A stretch of 64,000 nt of DNA from Hypanus sabinus (taxonomy: Eukaryota), in contig NC_082710.1 of NCBI RefSeq assembly GCF_030144855.1, positions 14,136,001-14,200,000 on the forward strand. Reading direction: 5' to 3'. A program made the translations under genes and the position numbers. Of this stretch, positions 1 through 11,381 are shown piece after piece. The notes under the pieces are model-generated. The model had not been told where the DNA came from. It did no database searches and saw only the letters and a list, made by a program, of their open reading frames with translations. Each line of letters starts with the position of its first letter. Position 1 is the stretch's first letter.

Positions 1-81
1 CATATGTCATGAATTCTGTTTTCTTTTCAAGGTCACAACAATTTACAAGGGAAAATCAATCTTCATGCAACCAGGAACAGT

Positions 82-1798
82 TGTATGTAAATAATAAGGA
101 GCTTCAGTTTCCAGTGGGTTATGTGGGCAGCTCACCTTGAACCAGAAGCTTCAGTGGTGAGCTGATTGCTCGCGCCCAGTGATGAACACAATTAAGTAAT
201 AAAATGCTCTAGCATTTACCCGTGCCAAGTTTGTCTTTATTGAGGACAAACATAATTTGGTGTCAGAACTGAACACAGAGCATAAATGAATACCCTGTGC
301 AACTGAGAAAAAGACTGCATGAATACAGAAAGGATGGCCGGGTAGAATGACGGTCCAATGCGTATTCAGGATTATTGGGCATCTAGAGCTGAACTGTCAA
401 TAGTGTAAGATATGGTCTTCAAAAGGAACAGGTTTATGTTTCCAGTGTCACTAAGCAAGGAAACGCTCCACAAGGTACATGAAGTGAATCTTGGTGAGGA
501 AAAATGTAAACGTAGAGCTCATGAACTGGCCAAGAATGAAGCAAGACATCAGCCAGACCATTGCTTCATGTGAAATGTCCTACCTACAGACCAAAAGCAG
601 CAAGCAGAACCTCTCACACCATGCCTTGTCCCAAACAGGCCATACTTCTTAGTTAGAGTGGATTTGTTAAATTGTTGTAAAGGACTACTTTTCCAGTTAC
701 CCAGAGTTTGAAACACTGCAATCAGCACCCAGCACACCAATCATCAACTTCCTGAAAGCTGTGTTTGTGAGGCATGGAGTCCCATGGGAAATGGTATCAG
801 GCATTGGTCCACAATTATTGAGCTGCAAATTTGAGTCCTTTGCCAATGGTTGGGAGCTTTGACATATAACTTCAAGCCCACATTGAATAAAATCTAATGG
901 TCTAGTCAAGAGTTCGGACAAGGTAGCAAAAAGCCTCATGAAGAAGGCGTTAAGATGGATGAGAGGATTTCCACAAAAGTCCAATGATTTACCACTGCAG
1001 AATGGCCTTTCACCAGCCCAAATGCTGATGGGTCAACATATACGCACTAACCTAATGCATGAAAAAACCTGTTGACACCTATACAAGGTCAAATTGGCTA
1101 AAGTGAAAAGGAAAGGAAAACAGAAACAATATCATGACAGGACTGTGAAAGGCCTATCAGTCCTGAAGCCTGGAGATCAAGTGCGAAACCAAGATTACAA
1201 TTCTGGTACATTGTCCATGCGAGAGTATGTGCAAGAGGAAGTTGCTCCACATTCCTACAAATCCAACTGGAGCAAGGAACACCTCTGAGAAGGGAATGTG
1301 TGGATCCGTAAACATAATCCCCAACTCAAAGCAGTGACATGTCACCTGTCAATACACCAAAGGGGCCAGCAATTATAAAAAATGAATTTGTTGATCAGAG
1401 TTCTCAGAAAGACACAAATATTCACATACCAAATGCAAACAATACTCCTGTAGAAACAAATAGCAGACCAAAAAGGATAACTAAACCATCTCAGAGACTG
1501 ACTGAAAGGAGATGAGTGGAAAAGGGACTGGCTACAGTATGTGGATATTTTTATTGGAAAGGATTATTGTTCCTTGCAGGTTTATGAGGACATAGTATTG
1601 TTTTTGTTCTCTTTAAAGGGGAAAGATGTGTATATAATAAAGAACTTCAGTTCCCCGTGGGCAATGCAGATGGCTTGCCTGGAACCAAAAGCTTTGATAG
1701 TGGTATTGTCGCATGTGCTCAGTGTAGAACACAATTGAGTAGTAAAATGTCCTTGTGTTTACCTACGCTGCGTTTGTCTTTATTAAGACCAAACTTAA
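82..1798 (+). mobile_element. Old, internally deleted Gypsy/Ty3 LTR retrotransposon (LTRs ~82-255 and ~1627-1798)
   Basis: Two diverged ~170-bp direct repeats, PBS-like TGGTGTCAGAA at 258, polypurine tract AAAGGGGAAAGA before the 3' LTR, broken integrase remnants (LHKVHEVNLGEEKCKRRA; FVRHGVPWEMVSGIGPQ; HITSSPH..KSNGLV). Confidence 0.85.
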
Positions 1799-1989
1799 GT
1801 TTGAGTAAACATTAAAACATTTCCTGAAAGGTAGTATTTTGAAAGTCTGATGCTCACTACAGCACTTTACATTTTGTAATTTTGCCATATATACTCAATA
1901 GGCTGAGATTTTTTTTACAGAACAATTAGAACAACTTTCCCTGTTCATCTCCAAACACCCTGGAGAATTTCTGTGTTGTTGCTGTCTGT

Positions 1990-2250
1990 GTGATACAGAG
2001 TGTTCAGGATTTAAACCAGGCAGTGTAAGTTTGAGATCAGAGGTTTTCCTTCTAGTTGAGTTGCCAACCACAGCTGACGAGCCCTGTCTGCCCCAGTAAC
2101 CCACCTTTGCTCCTTCTCTTTTCAGTAGAAGCCGTTCCGCTGGGCTTAGTAGCTAAGCCACACGTGAGGGCCAGGAGCTGGGCTTGGTTGTCAGAGGCTA
2201 TTTGAGATGCAAGTCATTGGGAGCATTTAATAGGTAGCAGGAGCTTATCT
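1990..2250 (-). mobile_element. RTE-like LINE 5' fragment
   Basis: Resembles vertebrate RTE 5' UTR (ggcttagctactaagccc...ggcaactcaactagaaggaaaacc); recognition by eye. Confidence 0.45.
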
Positions 2251-2804
2251 TGTAAAATTATTGTAATATTCCAATGACTTTTCGGGTCAGGTACAATTAC
2301 TATGTTTAAGAGTCATTTAGACAGACACTCAAAAAGACCACTAGGATCCTGATGCAGATCAGTGGGATGGGTGCAGGCCATGCGCCAATGAGCTTGTTTC
2401 TGTGCTGAATGTCTCTGACTCGATAAACACAAACTGCACTCCAAATCCCCCCAATCTGCATACACAGGAAACAACCTTTAACAGAACTTTGTCATCAAAA
2501 TCCTTCTGTGCTAATCACCTGCTTCTTTACATGTTTGGAAACCATTTGCATTGGACAAGTGAATAACATTTGATGGGATCACTGTAGAACGCAAGGCCAT
2601 GAGCAAGTTGATAAAATGGAGTCATGGTCTTTTAACCAAAATATAGCCAGTGACAAATAGCTCTTATTCACCTGGAACTTTCTAAAAGTATAAACACCCA
2701 AATCCTGTAATCCACTAGTTTGTCTAACAATATCAGTAATCCCAGAACACGTTTGCCACATTTGACACTAGACCCAGGTAAAATATTATAAAGTTGCATA
2801 ATGG

Positions 2805-3075
2805 CATGGCATAGTGGTGTAGTGGTTAACATGTTTTATAGTTCCGGTGACCCAGGTTCAATTCCTGCAGCTATCTGTAAGGAGTTTGTACATTCTCCCT
2901 GTGATCGTATGGGTTTCTTCCAAGTGCCCTGGTTTCCTCCCACAGTCCAAAGATGTACCAGTTGGTAGGTTAATTGTTCATTTTAAATTGTTCTACGATA
3001 GGCTATGGTTAAATCGTGAATTACTGGGCAGTGTGGCTCTGAGATCGGAAGGGCCTGTACCGTGCTGTATCTCAA
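2805..3075 (+). mobile_element. tRNA-derived V-SINE (HE1-like)
   Basis: A/B-box head (gtagtggtta...ggttcaattcc) plus V-domain ggagtttgtacattctccctgtg...ggtttcctcccacagtccaaaga. Confidence 0.8.
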
Positions 3076-3505
3076 TGACTAGATCAATAATGTAAGCCCC
3101 TTTGGCAGATGTAAAACTCACTGGACAGGTTAGCCAGGGCACTTCACTAACCAGCAGCAGCAAGTTCTGCTGGGGGAGGGCAACCTCAGCCAGATCATTT
3201 GGGGAAGGGCAATTTCAGTGACATTTGCAGGAAGGAAATATATAATTTTCTGTCAGATTTCCAGCAACTATGCTTCTCCTCACATTCAGTGACAACTACA
3301 ATGATTACAAGAAGAAACTAAAGCTTTTTAATAATTACAGCATAGGGGAGTATATAGCAGTGTGTAATTTAGCTATTACAGCAGGGAAACAGCCCACTTG
3401 GCCCAAGAAATCTCTGCTATCCACAGTGCCCACCAAGCTAGCCCTAATTTCCTGTGTTAGGACCATGTTCCGCTAAGCTCCATGTACCAACCTGTGCTTC
3501 TTAAA

Positions 3506-5075
3506 TAGAAAAGTACAGCACAGAAACAGGCTCTTTGGCCCATCTGGTTCCTGCTGAACCATTCAAACTGCCTTCTTCCATCAACCTACACCAGGACCAT
3601 AGCCTTCCATACCCTTACCATCTATATACCTATCCAAACTTCTCTTACACGTTGAAATAAACTCGCATGCATCATTTTTGCTGGCAGCTCGTTCTATGCC
3701 CTCACAACTTTCTGAGTGAACAAGTTTCCCCTCATGTTCTGTTTGAACTTCTCACCTTTCACCCTTAGCCCATGACCTTTAGTTGTAGTCTCACCCAACC
3801 TCAGTGGAAAAAGCCTGCTTACACTTACTCTATCCACCTCTATCAAATCTCCTCTCAATCTTTCCTTATAACTCAGTCTTCTAAACCCAACAACAATCTT
3901 GTAAATTTTCTTTGTACTCTTTCAACCTTGTTTACGTATTTCTTGTAGGTAGTTGACCAAAGCTGCACAATGTACTCTAAATTAAGTCTCACCAATGTCT
4001 TACATGACTTCAAAATAACATCCCATCTCCTGTATTCAATACTTTGATTTACGAAGACCGATGTGCCAAAAGCTTTCTTTACAACCCTATCTACCTGTAA
4101 CACCACTTTCAATGAATTATGGTCCTGTATTCCCAGATCCCTTTGCTCTACCACACTCCTTAGTGCCCTACCATTCACTGTGTACGACCTACCCTGATTG
4201 GCCCTACCAAAGTGCTAAACTTTGCACTTGTCTGCATTAAATTCCATCTGTCACGTTTCAGCCCATTTTTCCAGCTGGTCCAAATCCCACTGTAAGCTTT
4301 GATAGTCTTCCTGGCTGTCCACTACACCCATAATCTTGGTGTCATCCACAAATTTGCTGATCCAGTTAACCACAAAATCATCCAATTCATTGACATAGAT
4401 GACAAACAACAAAGGACCCAGCACCAAACCCTGCAGCACTCCACTGAACACTAGTCACAAGCCTCCAGTCAGAGAGACAAGCTTCTACTACCACTCTCTG
4501 GCTTCTCCCTCGAAGTCAAATGTCTAGTCCAATTTACTACCTCATCTTGAATGCCAAGTGACTGAACCTTCTTCACCAACTTCCCATGCAAGACTCCATC
4601 AAAATCCATGCAGATAACATCCACTGCCTTGCCTTCATCAACTGTCCTGATAATTTCTTCAAAAGACTCTACAAGATTGGTTAGACACGCATGAAGCCAT
4701 GCTGACTATCCTTAATCAGTCCATATCTATCTAAAAGCTTATATACCTGGTCCCTTGGAATACCCACCGATAACTATTGGAATACTATTGTACTCAAACA
4801 CTTCCTCTGGCAGCTCATTCCATATACTCACCTCCTTCTGCTTGAAAATGTTGCTCCTCAGGTCCCTTTTAAATCTTTCCCCTCTTACCCTAAGCCTATA
4901 CATCCTAGTTCTGGTTTCCCCCACTCTGGAGAAAAGACTATCACCATCATCTACACCTCTCATAAATGTAAGTATTTCTATAAGCTCGCTCCTCATTCTC
5001 ATATATTCCAAAGAATAAAGACCCTCCCTATAACTCACACCCTGCAGTCCTGGCAACACAGTTGTGCATCTTTCC
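3506..5075 (-). mobile_element. CR1 (HER1-like) LINE 3' fragments
   Basis: RT remnants SGVLQGLVLGPLLFVIYVNEL...FVDDTK, LVRLNLEYIVQLWS...ERVQRKFTRLL, and a CR1 3' UTR. Confidence 0.9.
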
Positions 5076-5578
5076 TGCCCCTGTTCCTCACCCTGAATGG
5101 GGTAATTGATCAAAAATGCATTGAAGCGGGCAAACAACTTGGTCTTCCAGTGAACTTGGTACGGTCAGAACAAGTTAGTAAGTGCTTAACTAAATGCATG
5201 TTTAATTATAAATATACAATTACATACATATATAATTAATTTACAATAAACAATTATTTATATTTGATATAACAAATACAAAACTGTGTGTGTGTAACAT
5301 CCACAGACATACATTAATACAGCTTGACGAGTAAGTCAGTCTTCTCCAGTTACTGGAGGCCTTGCGGAGCCGCAACCCAAACACCAGCCCCCCTCACCAC
5401 CCACGCACATCCACTGGCCTGAACTGCTGTCCCCGTACCGCCCCACCTGCCCAGGGCTCCCACCTCCGACCACTCCACCTGTTACTCTCCCAGCCTCATC
5501 CGTCCCACATCCCGTCACACCTGTCCACCATGTCCTGCATCGCCACGCTTGCCCAGGGCTCCGGTACCGCACCACCGC

Positions 5579-5908
5579 CACTGACCACCCCACCTGTTCC
5601 CCTCCCCAGCCTCACCTGCCCCACATCGCCATACTTGCCCAGGGATCCCGCACTGACCACCCCACCTGTTCCCCTCCCCAGCCTCACCTGCCCCACATCG
5701 CCATACTTGCCCAGGGATCCCGCACTGACCACCCCACCTGTTCCCCTCCCCAGCCTCACCTGCCCCACATCGCCATACTTGCCCAGGGATCCCGCACTGA
5801 CCACCCCACCTGTTCCCCTCCCCAGCCTCACCTGCCCCACATCGCCATACTTGCCCAGGGATCCCGCACTGACCACCCCACCTGTTCCCCTCCCCAGCCT
5901 CACCTGCC
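5579..5908 (-). repeat. 72-bp minisatellite, 4 full + 1 partial units (degenerate copies back to ~5390), containing ATG and a CAG|GTGAGG donor on the minus strand
   Basis: Unit cactgaccaccccacctgttcccctccccagcctcacctgccccacatcgccatacttgcccagggatcccg repeated exactly. Confidence 0.95.
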
Positions 5909-6150
5909 GGCCTGTTCGGCAGCCGAGCGCGATGCAGGGAAGTTCCTCGGTGCCGAGAACTTTTCAGGCTGAGAGACGGAGCATGGGGGCAGACCCTGAA
6001 GCAACTGGACGGTGTCAGAGTCTGGAAGGAATCGCCTCCGCCTCACCACGGCCACTTTCACCGGACTCTTACCTACTCGGAGCGGCGAAACTCCGGAATG
6101 TGCCCGCAAACCCCGATCACACGGAACACCCGCCCTTCCCTGATGTCACA
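5904..6150 (-). promoter_or_regulatory. CpG-rich promoter / non-coding first exon(s) of a leftward-transcribed gene (CCDC125 expected by synteny)
   Basis: Dense CpGs relative to flanks; minus-strand donors TAG|GTAAGA (exon end 6073) and CAG|GTGAGG (exon end 5904); CCGGAA and CCGCCC motifs. Gene identity is inference only, as no coding exon was seen. Confidence 0.5.
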
Positions 6151-6261
6151 TCCACGACAGCTCCTTCCGTACATATTGTTCCCACACACACCTCTTCCCG
6201 TCTACTGCTGTCACCACAGTGTCCTACACAGAACACTTCCCACAGCCAGCTGTTCCTACAC

Positions 6262-9200
6262 TCAGTGTTCCTGTCCACAGCTCTTCCCACAGTGTTCCTG
6301 TCCACAGCTCTTCCCACAGTGTTCCTACCCACAGCTCTTCCCACAGTGTTCCTGTCCACAGCTCTTCCCACAGTTCCTGTCCACAGCTCTTCCCACAGTG
6401 TTCCTGTCCACAGCTCTTCCCACAGTGTTCCTACCCACAGCTCTTCCCACAGTGTTCCTACCCACAGCTCTTCCCACAGTGTTCCTACCCACAGCTCTTC
6501 CCACAGTGTTCCTGTCCACAGCTCTTCCCACAGTGTTCCTACCCACAGCTCTTCCCACAGTGTTCCTGTCCACAGCTCTTCCCACAGTTCCTGTCCACAG
6601 CTCTTCCCACAGTGTTCCTGTCCACAGCTCTTCCCACAGTGTTCCTCTCCACAGCTCTTCCCACAGTGTTCCTGTCCACAGCTCTTCCCACAGTGTTCCT
6701 ACCCACAGCTCTTCCCACAGTGTTCCTGTCCACAGCTCTTCCCACAGTGTTCCTGTCCACAGCTCTTCCCACAGTTCCTCTCCACAGCTCTTCCTACAGT
6801 GTTCCTACCCACAGCTCTTCCCAGTGTTCCTGTCCACAGCTCTTCCCACAGTGTTCCTGTCCACAGCTCTTCCCACAGTGTTCCTGTCCACAGCTCTTCC
6901 CACAGTTCCTCTCCACAGCTCTTCCTACAGTGTTCCTACCCACAGCTCTTCCCAGTGTTCCTGTCCACAGCTCTTCCCACGGTGTTCCTACCCACAGCTC
7001 TTCCCAGTGTTCCTGTCCACAGCTCTTCCCACAGTGTTCCTCTCCACAGCTCTTCCCACAGTGTTCCTGTCCACAGCTCTTCCCACAGTGTTCCTACCCA
7101 CAGCTCTTCCCACAGTGTTCCTGTCCACAGCTCTTCCCACAGTGTTCCTCTCCACAGCTCTTCCCACAGTGTTCCTACCCACAGCTCTTCCCAGTGTTCC
7201 TGTCCACAGCTCTTCCCAGTGTTCCTACCCACAGCTCTTCCCACAGTGTTCCTGTCCACAGCTCTTCCCACAGTGTTCCTGTCCACAGCTCTTCCCACAG
7301 TGTTCCTACCCACAGCTCTTCCCACAGTGTTCCTACCCACAGCTCTTCCCACAGTGTTCCTGTCCACAGCTCTTCCCACAGTGTTCCTGTCCACAGCTCT
7401 TCCCACAGTGTTCCTACCCACAGCTCTTCCCACAGTGTTCCTGTCCACAGCTCTTCCCACAGTGTTCCTACCCACAGCTCTTCCCACAGTGTTCCTGTCC
7501 ACAGCTCTTCCCACAGTGTTCCTGTCCACAGCTCTTCCCACAGTGTTCCTACCCACAGCTCTTCCCACAGTGTTCCTACCCACAGCTCTTCCCACAGTTG
7601 CTACCCACAGCTCTTCCCACAGTGTTCCTACCCACAGCTCTTCCCACAGTGTTCCTGTCCACAGCTCTTCCCACAGTGTTCCTACCCACAGCTCTTCCCA
7701 CAGTGTTCCTGTCCACAGCTCTTCCCACAGTTCCTGTCCACAGCTCTTCCCACAGTGTTCCTGTCCACAGCTCTTCCCACAGTGTTCCTGTCCACAGCTC
7801 TTCCCAGTGTTCCTGTCCACAGCTCTTCCCACAGTGTTCCTGTCCACAGCTCTTCCCACAGTTCCTCTCCACAGCTCTTCCTACAGTGTTCCTACCCACA
7901 GCTCTTCCCAGTGTTCCTGTCCACAGCTCTTCCCACAGTGTTCCTGTCCACAGCTCTTCCCACAGTGTTCCTGTCCACAGCTCTTCCCACAGTTCCTCTC
8001 CACAGCTCTTCCTACAGTGTTCCTACCCACAGCTCTTCCCAGTGTTCCTGTCCACAGCTCTTCCCAGTGTTCCTGTCCACAGCTCTTCCCACAGTGTTCC
8101 TCTCCACAGCTCTTCCCACAGTGTTCCTACCCACAGCTCTTCCCAGTGTTCCTGTCCACAGCTCTTCCCACAGTGTTCCTGTCCACAGCTCTTCCCACAG
8201 TGTTCCTACCCACAGCTCTTCCCACAGTGTTCCTACCCACAGCTCTTCCCACAGTGTTCCTACCCACAGCTCTTCCCACAGTGTTCCTGTCCACAGCTCT
8301 TCCCACAGTGTTCCTACCCACAGCTCTTCCCACAGTGTTCCTGTCCACAGCTCTTCCCACAGTGTTCCTGTCCACAGCTCTTCCCACAGTGTTCCTACCC
8401 ACAGCTCTTCCCACAGTGTTCCTACCCACAGCTCTTCCCAGTGTTCCTGTCCACAGCTCTTCCCACAGTGTTCCTGTCCACAGCTCTTCCCACAGTGTTC
8501 CTACCCACAGCTCTTCCCAGTGTTCCTACCCACAGCTCTTCCCACAGTGTTCCTGTCCACAGCTCTTCCCACAGTGTTCCTACCCACAGCTCTTCCCACA
8601 GTGTTCCTGTCCACAGCTCTTCCCACAGTGTTCCTACCCACAGCTCCTACCCACAGTGTTCCTACCCACAGCTCTTCCCACAGTTCCTACCCACAGCTCT
8701 TCCCACAGTTCCTACCCACAGCTCTTCCCACAGTGTTCCTGTCCACAGCTCTTCCCACAGTGTTCCTACCCACAGCTCCTACCCACAGTGTTCCTACCCA
8801 CAGCTCTTCCCACAGTTCCTACCCACAGCTCTTCCCACAGTGTTCCTGTCCACAGCTCTTCCCACAGTGTTCCTACCCACAGCTCTTCCCACAGTGTTCC
8901 TGTCCACAGCTCTTCCCACAGTGTTCCTGTCCACAGCTCTTCCCACAGTGTTCCTACCCACAGCTCTTCCCACAGTGTTCCTACCCACAGCTCTTCCCAG
9001 TGTTCCTGTCCACAGCTCTTCCCACAGTGTTCCTACCCACAGCTCTTCCCAGTGTTCCTACCCACAGCTCTTCCCACAGTGTTCCTGTCCACAGCTCTTC
9101 CCACAGTGTTCCTACCCACAGCTCTTCCCACAGTGTTCCTGTCCACAGCTCTTCCCACAGTGTTCCTGTCCACAGCTCCTACCCACAGTGTTCCTACCCA

Positions 9201-9679
9201 CAGCTCTTCCCACAGTTGCTACCCACAGCTCTTCCCACAGTGTTCCTACCCACAGCTCTTCCCACAGTGTTCCTGTCCACAGCTCTTCCCACAGTGTTCC
9301 TACCCACAGCTCTTCCCACAGTGTTCCTGTCCACAGCTCTTCCCACAGTTCCTGTCCACAGCTCTTCCCACAGTGTTCCTGTCCACAGCTCTTCCCACAG
9401 TGTTCCTACCCACAGCTCTTCCCACAGTGTTCCTGTCCACAGCTCTTCCCACAGTGTTCCTACCCACAGCTCTTCCCACAGTGTTCCCGTCTACAGCTCT
9501 TTCTACAGTGTTCCTGTCGACAGCTCATTCTACAGTGTTCCCGTCTACAGCTCTTCCTACAGTGTTCCTGTCTACAGCTCATTCTACAGTGTTCCCGTCT
9601 ACAGCTCATTCTACAGTGTTCCTGTCTACAGCTCTTTCTACAGTGTTCCTGTCGACAGCTCATTCTACAGTGTTCCTAT
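6262..9679. repeat. 27-bp minisatellite (CACAGTGTTCCT[GT/AC/CT]CCACAGCTCTTCC, with 25-bp variants), roughly 120-130 units
   Basis: Directly visible; gives 9-aa repeats in all three plus frames; degenerate edges at ~6200-6260 and 9480-9679. Confidence 0.98.
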
Positions 9680-10813
9680 TGTTTTGTACCAGAAGCAATA
9701 GATCGCACATACTTTACTTTATTGTCACCAAACAATTGATACTAGAGCGTACAATCATCACAGTGATATTTGTTTCTGCGCTTCGTGCTCCCTGAAGTAC
9801 AAATCGAAGTAAATATAATAAAAATTTAAATTATAAATCATAATTAGACAATAGAAAAGGGGAAGTAAGGTAGTGCAAGTCAGGTCTGGATATTTGGAAG
9901 GTACGGCCCAGATCCGGGTCAGGATCCATTCAGCAGTCTTGTCACAGTTGGAAAGAAGCTGTTCCCAAATCTGGCCGTACGAGTCTTCAAGCTCCTGAAC
10001 CTTCTCCCGGAGGGAAGAGGGACAAAAAGTGTGTTGGCAGGGTGGGTCTTGTCCTTGATTATCCTGGCAGCACTGCTCCGACAGCAACGTGAGTCAGGTT
10101 TTGATGTTAAAACCATTATCTTTATTAGTAACTACTCCAAATATAGAAAATTAAATGAAATAAACAGATGTTAACAGTGTTATGCATGTGTGGCTCCCAA
10201 ACAATCACGCTTATGAACAGTTCTTAAAGTCTTAAGATGGCAAACTAGGAAGATCCAGTAATCCAGTAATAAATGAAGGGAAAGATTTGTAAATCCACTT
10301 TAAAATGTAGACAGGAGGCAATTACAAAGAATTCCACAGACTCCACGCTGGGTAAACAAAGTAACAGTTGCCAAAGATCTTTACCGTCGAGTCGTTCCGA
10401 AAATCCATGTAGAATCATCCCAAGGTGACAGTCACGGAATATACCTTCGCACAAGTGGTTACCACATAGCACACCGAATCCAGGTAAGGGTTAAGGAAAG
10501 TGGTGGCCACAGGATACTCCAACAAAATCCACATACGGATCATCCGAAGTGACTGTCACTCATCCAATGCACCATATGCCGTCAATCAACCCAATCTTGG
10601 GCATGGGAACGTATTGGACTTCATTCATATCATAGCACACTACTGCCAGCAGCTTTTAGTCCAAACTTCCACTCTCTCCCTCTCCTTCTACTGAAGGTCC
10701 CAGTAGTCTGTCACAGCTTGTTATACTGATATAACAATGTACTGATATATAGTGCCTCCTCATTCAGGTGTTTTTAAAGTGACACCCACAGAACAAAACG
10801 TGGTCATGTAACA
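9680..10813 (-). mobile_element. Solo LTR inserted into the minisatellite and itself interrupted by a LINE
   Basis: TGTT...AACA termini; 4-bp target duplication ctat (9676-9679) / ctgt (10814-10817) with one mismatch; minus-strand AATAAA near 10120. Confidence 0.65.
9710..10085 (-). mobile_element. Rex1/Babar-type LINE 3' end nested in the solo LTR
   Basis: RCCRSSAARIIKDKTHPANTLFVPLPSGRRFRSLKTRTARFGNSFFPTVTRLLN is a typical Rex1 C-terminus; tail AATAAAGTAAAGT. Confidence 0.85.
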
Positions 10814-10955
10814 CTGTCTACAGCTCTTTCTACAGTGTTCCTGTCCACAACTCTTCCTACAGTGTTCTTGTCTACAGCTCTCCTCACACACTGTTCCTAC
10901 ACACATCTCTTCCAATATCCAGCTCTTTCCACATCCAGCTGTTCCTGCCTACAGC
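10814..10955. repeat. Degenerate continuation of the 27-bp minisatellite beyond the LTR insertion
   Basis: ctgtctacagctctttctacagtgttcctgtccacaactcttcctacagtg... Confidence 0.85.
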
Positions 10956-11046
10956 TACACTGGATTGGTTTTGGTCTCATTAGCAACCTTTTGGTTACTT
11001 AGTCCATTCTGTCTTGCACTTCTACCAGCGAGTTATGCTTTCATGA

Positions 11047-11239
11047 TGATGCACCATCAATAACTGTAGGAGACTGGAAGTGAACGATAGGCTTTTATTA
11101 ACAGTAAAAGGGAGCACGATATCTCGAAGACTGTGGGAGGAGCAGTGCCCCAATCGCCTTTATACAGGGGTCTGTGGGAGGAGCCACAGGAGCAGTCAGC
11201 AGAGGAGCGTGTCCAGACAGGTATACATAGTTTACCACA
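11047..11239 (-). mobile_element. Solo LTR (193 bp)
   Basis: TG...CA termini, perfect 5-bp TSD CATGA (11042-11046 / 11240-11244), minus-strand TATAAA and AATAAA. Confidence 0.8.
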
Positions 11240-11381
11240 CATGAATTCACCATTCCCTCAAGATAGAAAGTAAAGACCAGAAATAAATACTTTAAAATTA
11301 TATATTGGCAGTAAGTGGGTACTTGTATGTTCCAAGCCTCTGTGCTTGTACTGGCTTCGTATTACACTTACATTAACCTTG

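Noticed and set aside
2805-2870. tRNA gene
   Set aside because: Degenerate A/B boxes run into a V-SINE body; no cloverleaf.
1-5300. Coding exons of CCDC125
   Set aside because: No recognisable CCDC125 peptide; the region is mostly transposon-derived.
6262-9679. CRISPR-like repeat array
   Set aside because: No unique spacers, no cas genes, vertebrate context.
5362-9795. 1477-, 1213- and 1160-aa ORFs in all three plus frames
   Set aside because: They result from a stop-free 27-bp minisatellite and the 72-bp repeat; the frames swap peptides at each 2-bp indel and show no domain or gene structure.
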